From positions 3,240,001-3,272,000 of the forward strand of contig NC_008340.1 in NCBI RefSeq assembly GCF_000014785.1: a stretch of DNA of 32,000 nt, given 5' to 3'. Position 1 is the first letter of the stretch. The number at the start of each line of letters is the position of its first letter. The DNA is from Alkalilimnicola ehrlichii MLHE-1 (GTDB taxonomy: Bacteria; Pseudomonadota; Gammaproteobacteria; Nitrococcales; Halorhodospiraceae). The notes below the pieces were generated by a model that worked only from the letters and a program-made list of their open reading frames with translations, ran no database searches and was not told where the DNA came from. Shown piece after piece: positions 8,549-16,143 of this stretch. A program made the position numbers and the translations under genes.

Positions 8549-11287
8549 TCAATGGGCCCCCTCCCAGTCGTCGGCCACGCCCACATCGACCTCCAGCGGC
8601 ACGGCCAGTTCCCCGGCCGCCTGCATGCGCTCGCGCAGCCCCTCCGCCACCGCCGGCACGTCCGCTGCCGGCACCTCCAGCACCAGTTCGTCGTGGACCT
8701 GCATGACCATACGCGCCTTGGAATGCGCCTCCGTCAGCCAGGCGTCCACCGCCACCATGGCGCGCTTGATGAGATCGGCCGCGGTGCCCTGCATCGGCGC
8801 ATTGATGGCGGTGCGCTCGGCATACTCCCGGCGCTGGCGGTTGCGGGCATTGATCTCGGGCAGGTAGAGCCGGCGACCGAACAGCGTCTCCACGTAACCG
8901 CGTTCACGGGCCTCGGCACGGGTGCGGTCCATGTACTCTTTGACCCCGGGGTAGCGCTCAAAATAGCGGTCCACGTAGGCCTGGGCCTCGCCGCGCTCGA
9001 TGCCCAGCTGCCGGGCCAGGCCGTAGGCGGACATGCCGTAGATCAGACCAAAGTTGATGGCCTTGGCCGCCCGCCGCTGCTCGCCGCCCACCCGTTCGGG
9101 TGCGAGACCGAAGACCTCGGCGGCGGTGGCGCTGTGGATGTCCGCACCCTCGGCGAACGCTTGGCGCAGCCCCTCATCCCCCGACAGGTGGGCCATGATC
9201 CGCAGCTCCACCTGGGAGTAGTCCGCCGCCAGCAGCTTGCAGCCGGGCTCGGCGACGAAGGCCTTGCGGATGCGCCGGCCCTCGGCGGTACGCACCGGGA
9301 TGTTCTGCAGGTTGGGATCGGAGCTGGACAGCCGCCCGGTGGCGGCCACCGCCTGATGATAGCTGGTGTGCACCCGGCCGGTCTTCGGGTGGATCAGCCG
9401 CGGCAGCTTGTCGGTGTAGGTGGTCTTCAGCTTGGCCAGACTGCGGTAAGCCAGGATCAACCGCGGCAGCTCGTAACCGCGTGCCGCCAGCTCCTCGAGC
9501 ACCGACTCGGCGGTGGAGGGCGCCCCCTTGGGGGTCTTCTGCAGCACCGGCAGGCCCATGCGTTCGAACAGGATCTCCTGAATCTGCTTGGGGCTGGAGA
9601 GGTTGAAGGGTCCTTCCGCCTCCTCGTGGGCGCGTTGTTCCAACGCGGCCATGCCCTCGGCCAGTTCCGTACTCTGCTGCTCCAGCAGTGCTCGGTCCAC
9701 CTTCACCCCGTGACGCTCCATGCGCGAGAGCACCGGCAGCAACGGCATTTCGATAGCGTGGAACACCTGCACCAGCCGTCCCTCGGCCTCGAGCCTCGGA
9801 TAGAGCGTCTGGTGCAGACGCAGGGTGATATCGGCATCCTCCCCGGCATAGCGTGTGGCGGTCTCCACCGCCACCTGGGCGAAGGGGATCTGCTTGGCGC
9901 CCTTACCGCAGACATCCTCGTATTTCACGGTGGCACGGCCCAGGTACTTGAGGGCCAGGGAGTCCATATCGTGACGGCTGGCGGTGGAGTCCAGCACGTA
10001 GGACTCGAGCATGGTGTCGTAGGCCACACCCTCCAGGTGGATGTCGTAGCGGGCCAGCACGCTCATGTCGTACTTGAGGTTCTGCCCGACCTTGGCGCGG
10101 TCCGGGTCCTCGAGCAGCGGCTTGAGCGCGGCCAGCACCCGGTCGCGGTCGAGTTGCGTCGGGGTATCGGGGCCTTCATGGGCCAGCGGGACGTAGGCGG
10201 CCTCACCCGCCCCCACCGCCAGCGCCACCCCGACGATCTCGGCATCCATGTAGTTGAGGCTGCTGGTCTCCAGGTCGAAGGCGAACAGCTCGGCTGACTC
10301 CAGCCGGCGCAACCAGTCGTCGAAGGCATCCGCGTCGTCCACGGTGTGGTAGCGGGCGTCGTCACCCTCGCCGGCGCCACCGGCCGCGCCCGGCCCGGCC
10401 GGGGCCACCTCGCCGCCGCTGTCGCCGTCACCATTCAGCAGCTCGCGGAGCAGCCGGCGGAACTCATACCGCTGGTAGTACTCGCGCAGTCGCTCCACGT
10501 CCGATTCGCCGGGTTTCAGGTCCTCCGGGCGCTGGTCCAGGTCCAGGTCGCAGCGGATGGTGGCCAGGTCCTCGCTCAACGCCAGCTCGTCCAGGTGCGC
10601 GCGCAGGCTCTCCCCCACCTTGCCCTTGACCTCATCGGCGCGGGCCTTGAGGGCGTCCAGCGAGCCGAACTGATTGAGCCACTTGGCAGCGGTCTTGGGG
10701 CCGACGCGGGGGACACCGGGGATGTTGTCGGAGCTGTCCCCGACCAGGGCCAGGTAGTCGATGATCCGCTCCGGCGGCACGCCGAACTTCTCCTTCACCC
10801 CGGCCTCGTCCAGGCGGGTGTCGTTCATGGTATTGAGCAGGGTGACCTGCTCGTCCACCAGCTGGGCCATGTCCTTATCGCCGGTGGAGATGACCACCGG
10901 CTGACCGGCCTCAGCGGCCTGCCGGGCGAGGGTGCCGATGACGTCGTCGGCCTCCACGCCGGGCACCTCCAGCAGCGGCAGGCCCATGGCGCGGATAATG
11001 TCCTTCAGCGGCTGGATCTGGGCGCGCAACTCGTCCGGCATTGGCGGGCGGTGGGCCTTGTACTGATCGAACAGCTCGTCACGGAAGGTGCGCCCGGGGG
11101 CGTCGAAGACCACCGCGATCCGCTCCGGCCGGTAGTCGTCGAGCAGCTTGCGGACCATGTTGAGCACGCCGTACATGGCGCCGGTGGGTTCACCGTCTTT
11201 GTTGGTGAGCGGCGGCATGGCGTGGAAGGCCCGATAGAGGTAGCTGGAGCCGTCCACCAGAATCAGGGGCTTGCGGGCGTCAGACAT
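8549..11287 (-). CDS. polA: DNA polymerase I
   Basis: 912 aa from MSDARKPLILVDGSSYLYRAF (5' nuclease). Has the 3'-5' exo motif FDLETSSL and pol motifs DYSQVELR, RRAAKAINFGLIYG and QVHDELV. RBS AGGAGA lies 5 nt before the ATG at 11287. The 1266-aa track ORF is an upstream read-through artefact. Confidence 0.95.
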   Translation of the reverse strand: MSDARKPLILVDGSSYLYRAFHAMPPLTNKDGEPTGAMYGVLNMVRKLLDDYRPERIAVVFDAPGRTFRDELFDQYKAHRPPMPDELRAQIQPLKDIIRAMGLPLLEVPGVEADDVIGTLARQAAEAGQPVVISTGDKDMAQLVDEQVTLLNTMNDTRLDEAGVKEKFGVPPERIIDYLALVGDSSDNIPGVPRVGPKTAAKWLNQFGSLDALKARADEVKGKVGESLRAHLDELALSEDLATIRCDLDLDQRPEDLKPGESDVERLREYYQRYEFRRLLRELLNGDGDSGGEVAPAGPGAAGGAGEGDDARYHTVDDADAFDDWLRRLESAELFAFDLETSSLNYMDAEIVGVALAVGAGEAAYVPLAHEGPDTPTQLDRDRVLAALKPLLEDPDRAKVGQNLKYDMSVLARYDIHLEGVAYDTMLESYVLDSTASRHDMDSLALKYLGRATVKYEDVCGKGAKQIPFAQVAVETATRYAGEDADITLRLHQTLYPRLEAEGRLVQVFHAIEMPLLPVLSRMERHGVKVDRALLEQQSTELAEGMAALEQRAHEEAEGPFNLSSPKQIQEILFERMGLPVLQKTPKGAPSTAESVLEELAARGYELPRLILAYRSLAKLKTTYTDKLPRLIHPKTGRVHTSYHQAVAATGRLSSSDPNLQNIPVRTAEGRRIRKAFVAEPGCKLLAADYSQVELRIMAHLSGDEGLRQAFAEGADIHSATAAEVFGLAPERVGGEQRRAAKAINFGLIYGMSAYGLARQLGIERGEAQAYVDRYFERYPGVKEYMDRTRAEARERGYVETLFGRRLYLPEINARNRQRREYAERTAINAPMQGTAADLIKRAMVAVDAWLTEAHSKARMVMQVHDELVLEVPAADVPAVAEGLRERMQAAGELAVPLEVDVGVADDWEGAH

Positions 11288-11321
11288 TAAGGTCTCCTGG
11301 CGAGTCAATCGGCACATTTCC

Positions 11322-11430
11322 GGGTCAGCGGGGTGTGGACGCGGGGGTGGGTGTTCCCGGGGGCCTTCGAGCGCGCACCCCTTCGGGGTGCCCGGGAACA
11401 CCCACCCCCGCGTCCACACCCCGCTGACCC
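11322..11430. repeat. 109-bp palindromic element: perfect 40-bp inverted arms and a 29-nt centre carrying the core GCGCACCCCTTCGGGGTGCCC
   Basis: Arms 11322-11361 and 11391-11430 are exact reverse complements, checked base by base. The core is at 11373-11393. Confidence 0.9.
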
Positions 11431-11539
11431 TGCCGTTGCCGGCAATGCTACCACCTCCCGGCCCGAATGGTGGCGGCATCCCACAGCGGGTCGCCACTGC
11501 GGTTATGATAGGGGGACACGCACCCGGCGCGGAGCAGCC

Positions 11540-12265
11540 ATGGACCAACACGAGCTCTTCGGTAACGGCAGCCTCAACCCGCTCAACGACTCCCTCATGA
11601 GCCGCGAGTCCTGGAAGATCTTCCAGATCATGGCGGAATTCGTCGAGGGCTTTGAGCGGCTGTCCCAGATCAAACCCTCGGTGAGCGTCTTCGGCTCCGC
11701 CCGTACGGCGCCGGATCACCCCTATTACAAGCTGGCCGAGGACCTCTCCCGGGCACTCTCCGACGCCGGCTTCTCGGTGGTCAGCGGTGGCGGGCCGGGC
11801 ATCATGGAGGCCGCCAACAAGGGCGCCCATGGGGGCAAGTCGCCCAGCATCGGGCTGAACATCCAGCTCCCCCACGAGCAGTCGGGCAACCCCTACCAGG
11901 ACATCAGCCTCAACTTCCGGCACTTCTTCAGCCGCAAGGTGATGTTCGTCAAGTACGCCTCCGCCTACGTGGTCCTGCCCGGCGGATTCGGCACCCTGGA
12001 CGAACTGGCCGAGATCCTCACCCTGGTGCAGACGGGGAAGACACGCCGCATCCCTATCATTCTGGTGTACAAACCCTACTGGCAGGGCCTGGTGGACTGG
12101 TTCCGCGACACCCTGGTGGCCGAGGGCGCCATCAACGCCGAGGACATGGACCTCTTCCAGGTGCTCGACGAGCCCACTGAGGTGGTGGACGCCATCTTCG
12201 CCCACTATGAGGACCGCGGTTTCGAACCCTCCCGCCGGGAGCGCGAGATGCTGCTGGACCTCTGA
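11540..12265 (+). CDS. LOG-family / TIGR00730 Rossmann-fold nucleotide-binding protein (nucleoside 5'-monophosphate phosphoribohydrolase-like)
   Basis: Motifs VSGGGPGIMEAANKGA and VVLPGGFGTLDELAEILTLVQT. ATG at 11540 (MDQHELFG); the track start at 11333 lies inside the palindrome. Confidence 0.8.
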   Translation: MDQHELFGNGSLNPLNDSLMSRESWKIFQIMAEFVEGFERLSQIKPSVSVFGSARTAPDHPYYKLAEDLSRALSDAGFSVVSGGGPGIMEAANKGAHGGKSPSIGLNIQLPHEQSGNPYQDISLNFRHFFSRKVMFVKYASAYVVLPGGFGTLDELAEILTLVQTGKTRRIPIILVYKPYWQGLVDWFRDTLVAEGAINAEDMDLFQVLDEPTEVVDAIFAHYEDRGFEPSRREREMLLDL

Positions 12266-12347
12266 CCATCCCGCCGGCATACGGCCGGGACACCCTGCCG
12301 GCACGAGGCCCGCAGCCCCATTCAGGACACACCGCGAGGAGCAGGAC

Positions 12348-12725
12348 ATGAACGCAGCCGCTATCCGCCCACGTCAGCGCCCGCCCACCCACCTCTTGCT
12401 TGCGCTGGGCCTGGGCACCGCCCTCGCCCTGGCAGGCCCCGTCAGTGGGGAGGAGGAGGGCCCGATTGTCACACCGCCGCCGGCGCCGGAGGAGCTCACC
12501 GAGGGCGAGCCGATCGAGCCCACGGTCCGCATCATCCGCCGGGAGTGGGCCACCATTGAGGAGTTCTCGATCCAGGGTCAGATCTACGCCGTGCGGATCA
12601 CGCCGGTGGTGGGCCCCCCCTACTACCTGATCGACACCGACGGCGACGGGGTGCTCAACCACCGGGCGGAGTACGACCCGCTGCGCGAGCCCAAGATCCA
12701 CCGCTGGGAACTGCTGCGCTGGTAG
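12348..12725 (+). CDS. small secreted conserved hypothetical protein (I recall this polA-linked family as DUF2782; unverified)
   Basis: ATG at 12348 after GAGGAG. Signal peptide ...LLLALGLGTALALAGPVSG, and the C-terminal block YAVRITPVVGPPYYLIDTDGDG. Confidence 0.6.
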   Translation: MNAAAIRPRQRPPTHLLLALGLGTALALAGPVSGEEEGPIVTPPPAPEELTEGEPIEPTVRIIRREWATIEEFSIQGQIYAVRITPVVGPPYYLIDTDGDGVLNHRAEYDPLREPKIHRWELLRW

Positions 12726-12740
12726 GCTGGCCGGCGGTGC

Positions 12741-14918
12741 TCAGCCCACCAGCCTGAGGTTGGCGTAGGCAGCCACCAGCCACTTGGCCCCCGCCCGCGC
12801 GAACTGCACCTGGATCCGCGCCGAGGGCCCCTGCCCCTCGAGCCGCAACACCACCCCCTCGCCGAAACGGTCGTGGCGGACCCGGCTGCCGAGGGTGATC
12901 CCATCCACCGGCTCCGACTGCATGGCCGCGGCGGTGGCGCCGGGACGGGTCACCTTCATCCGCGCCCGCACCTCCTCGATATAATCGGCCGGGATCTCCT
13001 GGATAAAGCGGGACGGCATGCCGTAGTTGTCCATCCCGTGCAGCCGCCGCTTTTCGGCGTAGGCCAGGTACAGGCGCTCGCGGGCACGGGTGATCCCCAC
13101 GTAGGCGAGCCGTCGCTCCTCCTCCATGCGCCCGGGCTCCTCGGTGGACATCCGGTGCGGGAACAGCCCCTCTTCCAGCCCGACCAGAAAGACCACCGGG
13201 AACTCCAGGCCCTTGGCCGAGTGCAGGGTCATCAACTGCACGCAGGGCTGCCCCTCCTCCCCCTGGGCCTCGCCCGCCTCCAGCGCCGCGTGGGTGAGAA
13301 AGGCGGTGAGGGGGGTCAGCCCCTCGTCGCGCTCGTATTGTTGCTCGAAGTTGCGCGCCGCGGTCACCAGTTCGTCCAGGTTCTCCCGCCGGGCCTCGCC
13401 GCGGTCACTGCCGTCCGCCTCGGCGTCCCTGCGCAGCCCGCTGGCAACAATCACCCGATCCATCTGCTCGTGCAACGGCAGAGTCGCCGTCTCCTCCTCC
13501 AGCCGGTCCAGCAGCTGCAGGAAGCCCTGCACCGCATTGCCGGCGCGGGCACTGATGCCACCGGCCCGGATGATCCGGACGGCCGATTCCCACAGGCTCG
13601 CGTCGGCCGCCCGGGCCCCCTCGCGGATCTGATCCAGCGTGCGGTTGCCAATGCCCCGCCGGGGGGTATTGATCACCCGCTCGAAGGCGGCGTCATCGTG
13701 GCGGTTCATCAGCAGGCGCAGATAGGCCAGGGCATCGCGAATCTCGGCCCGGTCGAAGAAGCGCTGGCCGCCGTACACCCGGTAGGGCAGGCCGCGGGCC
13801 AGGAGGCTCTCCTCGAAGGCGCGGGACTGGGCGTTGGAGCGGTAGAGGATGGCGAAATCGTCACGGGCATAGCCCTCATCGAGCAGGGCGGCGATGCGGT
13901 CGACCACGTAACGGGCCTCGTCGGTCTCGTTGAAGGCGGCGTAAAGCTGGATCGGGTCACCCCGGCTGCCCTCGGTCCATAGGTTCTTGCCCATGCGCCC
14001 GCCGTTATGGCTGATCAGCGCGTTGGCGGCGTTGAGGATGGTCTCCGTGGAGCGGTAGTTCTGCTCCAGCCGGGTGATGCTCACCTCGCCGAACTCGCGG
14101 GCGTAGCGGTGGATGTTTTCCACCCGGGCCCCGCGCCAACCGTAGATGGACTGATCGTCATCGCCGACCACGAAGACATCGCTGTCCTCCCCGGCCAACT
14201 GCTGCAGCCAACGGTACTGCAACTGGTTGGTGTCCTGGAACTCGTCCACCAGCAGATGGCGGAAGCGGGCGCGGTAGTGGGCCAGCAGGTCGGGCCGGTC
14301 GCGGAGCAGCTCGAAGCTGCGCAACAGCAGCTCCGCGAAGTCCACCAGGCCGGAGCGACGGCAGGTCTGCTCGTAGGTCTGGTAGACCTGCCAGACGGCA
14401 AAGCGGAACGGTTCCCCGGCGTCCGCCTGGATGTCGGCGGGCCGCAGCCCCTCCTCCTTCCAGCCATTGAGCACGCCGCGCACCTGCCGGGGCGGATAGC
14501 GCTTCTCGTCGAGCTCCATGCCGCGCATCACCCGCTTGATCAGCCGGAGCTGGTCGTCGCTGTCGAGGATCTGGAAGGTCTCCGGTAGCCCGGCATCCGC
14601 TGCGTGCATGCGCAGCAGCCGGTGCGACAGGCCGTGGAAGGTGCCCACCCACATGCCGGCGGTGCGGATGCCGAGCAGCTCACCGATGCGGTGGCGCATC
14701 TCGGCGGCGGCCTTGTTGGTGAAGGTCACCGCCATGATGCCGAAGGGGGAGGCGCCCTCCACCCGCACCAGCCACGCCGCCCGGCGGGTGAGCACCCGGG
14801 TCTTGCCGCTGCCCGCACCGGCCAGCACCAGGGAACGGCCGAGCGCGGCGCAGACCGCCTCGCGCTGGGCGTCGTTGAGATCGGCTATCAGGTCGGAGAC
14901 GTCGGCTTCGGCTTCCAT
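12741..14918 (-). CDS. uvrD: DNA helicase II UvrD
   Basis: 725 aa from MEAEADVSDLIADLNDAQREAV. Walker A GAGSGKT, DEFQDTN, and a C-terminus GSRVRHDRFGEGVVL...KWLVAAYANL matching the E. coli UvrD tail. The 813-aa track ORF reads upstream through the palindrome. Confidence 0.92.
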   Translation of the reverse strand: MEAEADVSDLIADLNDAQREAVCAALGRSLVLAGAGSGKTRVLTRRAAWLVRVEGASPFGIMAVTFTNKAAAEMRHRIGELLGIRTAGMWVGTFHGLSHRLLRMHAADAGLPETFQILDSDDQLRLIKRVMRGMELDEKRYPPRQVRGVLNGWKEEGLRPADIQADAGEPFRFAVWQVYQTYEQTCRRSGLVDFAELLLRSFELLRDRPDLLAHYRARFRHLLVDEFQDTNQLQYRWLQQLAGEDSDVFVVGDDDQSIYGWRGARVENIHRYAREFGEVSITRLEQNYRSTETILNAANALISHNGGRMGKNLWTEGSRGDPIQLYAAFNETDEARYVVDRIAALLDEGYARDDFAILYRSNAQSRAFEESLLARGLPYRVYGGQRFFDRAEIRDALAYLRLLMNRHDDAAFERVINTPRRGIGNRTLDQIREGARAADASLWESAVRIIRAGGISARAGNAVQGFLQLLDRLEEETATLPLHEQMDRVIVASGLRRDAEADGSDRGEARRENLDELVTAARNFEQQYERDEGLTPLTAFLTHAALEAGEAQGEEGQPCVQLMTLHSAKGLEFPVVFLVGLEEGLFPHRMSTEEPGRMEEERRLAYVGITRARERLYLAYAEKRRLHGMDNYGMPSRFIQEIPADYIEEVRARMKVTRPGATAAAMQSEPVDGITLGSRVRHDRFGEGVVLRLEGQGPSARIQVQFARAGAKWLVAAYANLRLVG

Positions 14919-14959
14919 GGTTTCGGTCCGGTACAGAGGGTATAGAGTCGGCGGATGGG

Positions 14960-15176
14960 GGCGTTGCGGTGGGTCGGTGCCGGGGGGCGTGGTCCCGTCG
15001 GGCCTCCGATGGCGCACCCCTTCGGGGTGCCCTGCGCTACTCGGGAAAAATCGGCGCGCGTGAACTCGCTTCGCTCGAACAAGCACGCGCTTCATCCGAT
15101 TTTTCCCTGCGTTGCTCGGTGCGCCAAAGTCGGCCCGACGGGACCACGCCCCCCGGCACCGACCCACCGCAACGCC
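14960..15176. repeat. 217-bp compound palindromic element: perfect 45-bp inverted arms, the same 21-nt core, and nested inner inverted repeats
   Basis: Arms 14960-15004 and 15132-15176 are exact reverse complements, checked base by base. Core at 15012-15032. Inner IR GGGAAAAATCGG (15043-15054) / CCGATTTTTCCC (15096-15107). Innermost pair GCGCGTG (15056-15062) / CACGCGC (15084-15090). Confidence 0.9.
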
Positions 15177-15199
15177 GCTCACGGGCGATCAGGGGCCTG

Positions 15200-16141
15200 C
15201 TAACCGGCGGCCGCAGGCTCGATGGGGCGGGCCTGCTCCTGCACCACCCGGAGGTCACGGATGGCCGCCGCCACTGCCTCCAGGGTGCTGGCGCGGGCGG
15301 CCCCCTTGCGCCAGTAAAGCCCGATGGTACGGGTAGGGACCGGCGGGGAAAAGGGCAGCAGCTTGACCGCCGACTGGTTGGGGATCTCGCAACCGGCCTG
15401 TCCGGCCAGACGCGGGAGCAGGGTCATTCCCACGCCGGCCGCCACCATCTGGCGCAGGGTCTCCAGGCTGGTGGCCCGGAAACAGCTGGTGCCGCCGGCA
15501 TCGCCGGCCAACTGGCAGACCTCCAACGCCTGATCGCGCAGGCAGTGCCCCTCCTCCAGCAGCAGCAGCTCATCCTCCGGCAGGGCCTCCGGACGCGGTG
15601 CACGCTTCGCCTCGGCCAGGGCATGATCGGCAGGCAGGGCCAGCACGAAGGGCTCTTCGAAGACCGCCACCGAGGCCAGGTCATCGCCCGCCACCGGCAT
15701 GGCCATCAGCGCCCCGTCCAGCTCCCCCTTGCGCAGCCGCTCCACCAGCAGGGCGGTGCGCTCCTCGTAGAGCAGCATGCGCAAGCGCGGCCAGGCCTCA
15801 GTGGCGGTGGCCACCAAGTGGGGCAACAGATAGGGGGCGAGGGTGGGGATGGCCCCGAGGCGCAGCTCCCCGGTCATGGGCTCGGCGGCCGCCCGACAGA
15901 GTTCGACGATGTCGTCCACTTGGTTGAGGACCGCCCGGGCCCGTGCCACCACCTCCTCGCCGGTGGGGGTGAGCAGGACCTGGCGGGTACCGCGCTCCAC
16001 CAATTGCACCCCCAGGTACTCCTCCAGCTTCTTGACCTGGGCGCTGAGGGTGGGCTGGCTGACAAAACAGGCCTTGGCGGCGCGGCCAAAGTGGCGCTGG
16101 TCGCCCACGGCGACCAGATAACGCAAGTCCCTGAGGTTCAA
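15200..16141 (-). CDS. oxyR: LysR-family hydrogen peroxide sensor OxyR
   Basis: MNLRDLRYLVAV...FVSQPTLSAQVKKLE aligns with E. coli OxyR from residue 1. Redox cysteine context EEGHCLRDQAL plus a second Cys, and FRATSLETLRQMVAAGVG. The start codon is TTG at 16141-16139. Confidence 0.85.
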   Translation of the reverse strand: MNLRDLRYLVAVGDQRHFGRAAKACFVSQPTLSAQVKKLEEYLGVQLVERGTRQVLLTPTGEEVVARARAVLNQVDDIVELCRAAAEPMTGELRLGAIPTLAPYLLPHLVATATEAWPRLRMLLYEERTALLVERLRKGELDGALMAMPVAGDDLASVAVFEEPFVLALPADHALAEAKRAPRPEALPEDELLLLEEGHCLRDQALEVCQLAGDAGGTSCFRATSLETLRQMVAAGVGMTLLPRLAGQAGCEIPNQSAVKLLPFSPPVPTRTIGLYWRKGAARASTLEAVAAAIRDLRVVQEQARPIEPAAAG

Positions 16142-16143
16142 TG

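Noticed and set aside
9757-9765. parS search: CGTGGAACA half-sites here and at 3086..3094.
   Set aside because: These are only half of the 16-bp palindrome TGTTNCACGTGNAACA, and both lie inside coding sequence. By eye I found no full parS anywhere, including the parAB/rsmG region. A computed scan could still find a degenerate site.
11288-12349. Upstream in-frame extension that makes the polA ORF 1266 aa in the track.
   Set aside because: The extension runs through the palindrome and antisense to the well-supported LOG-family gene. Homology, the 5' nuclease N-terminus MSDARKPLILVDG and an AGGAGA RBS all place the start at 11287. The open frame is a GC-richness artefact.
14919-14959. LexA/SOS box (CTGT-N8-ACAG) upstream of uvrD, and likewise upstream of polA (11288..11321).
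   Set aside because: ACAGagggtataGAGT has the wrong polarity and half-sites. No CTGT-N8-ACAG is present in either short leader or in the palindrome arms.
11322-15176. Whether the two palindromes could be a CRISPR array, a retron msr/msd, an integron attC, or IS terminal repeats.
   Set aside because: There are only two copies, 3.5 kb apart, with genes between them and no regular spacing. No cas, reverse transcriptase, integrase or transposase ORF is in the window. No target-site duplications flank either copy. The arms are perfect rather than bulged as in attC.
14919-15182. Upstream extension of the uvrD ORF (813 aa), and the mirrored peptides on both strands of each palindrome (WTRGWVFPG and REHPPPRPHPADP at the polA element; GRCRGAWSRRA and RPDGTTPPGTDPPQR at the uvrD element).
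   Set aside because: Identical peptides on both strands are a trivial consequence of perfect palindromy. The UvrD N-terminus aligns from MEAEADVSDL at 14918. There is no RBS or start context for the extension.
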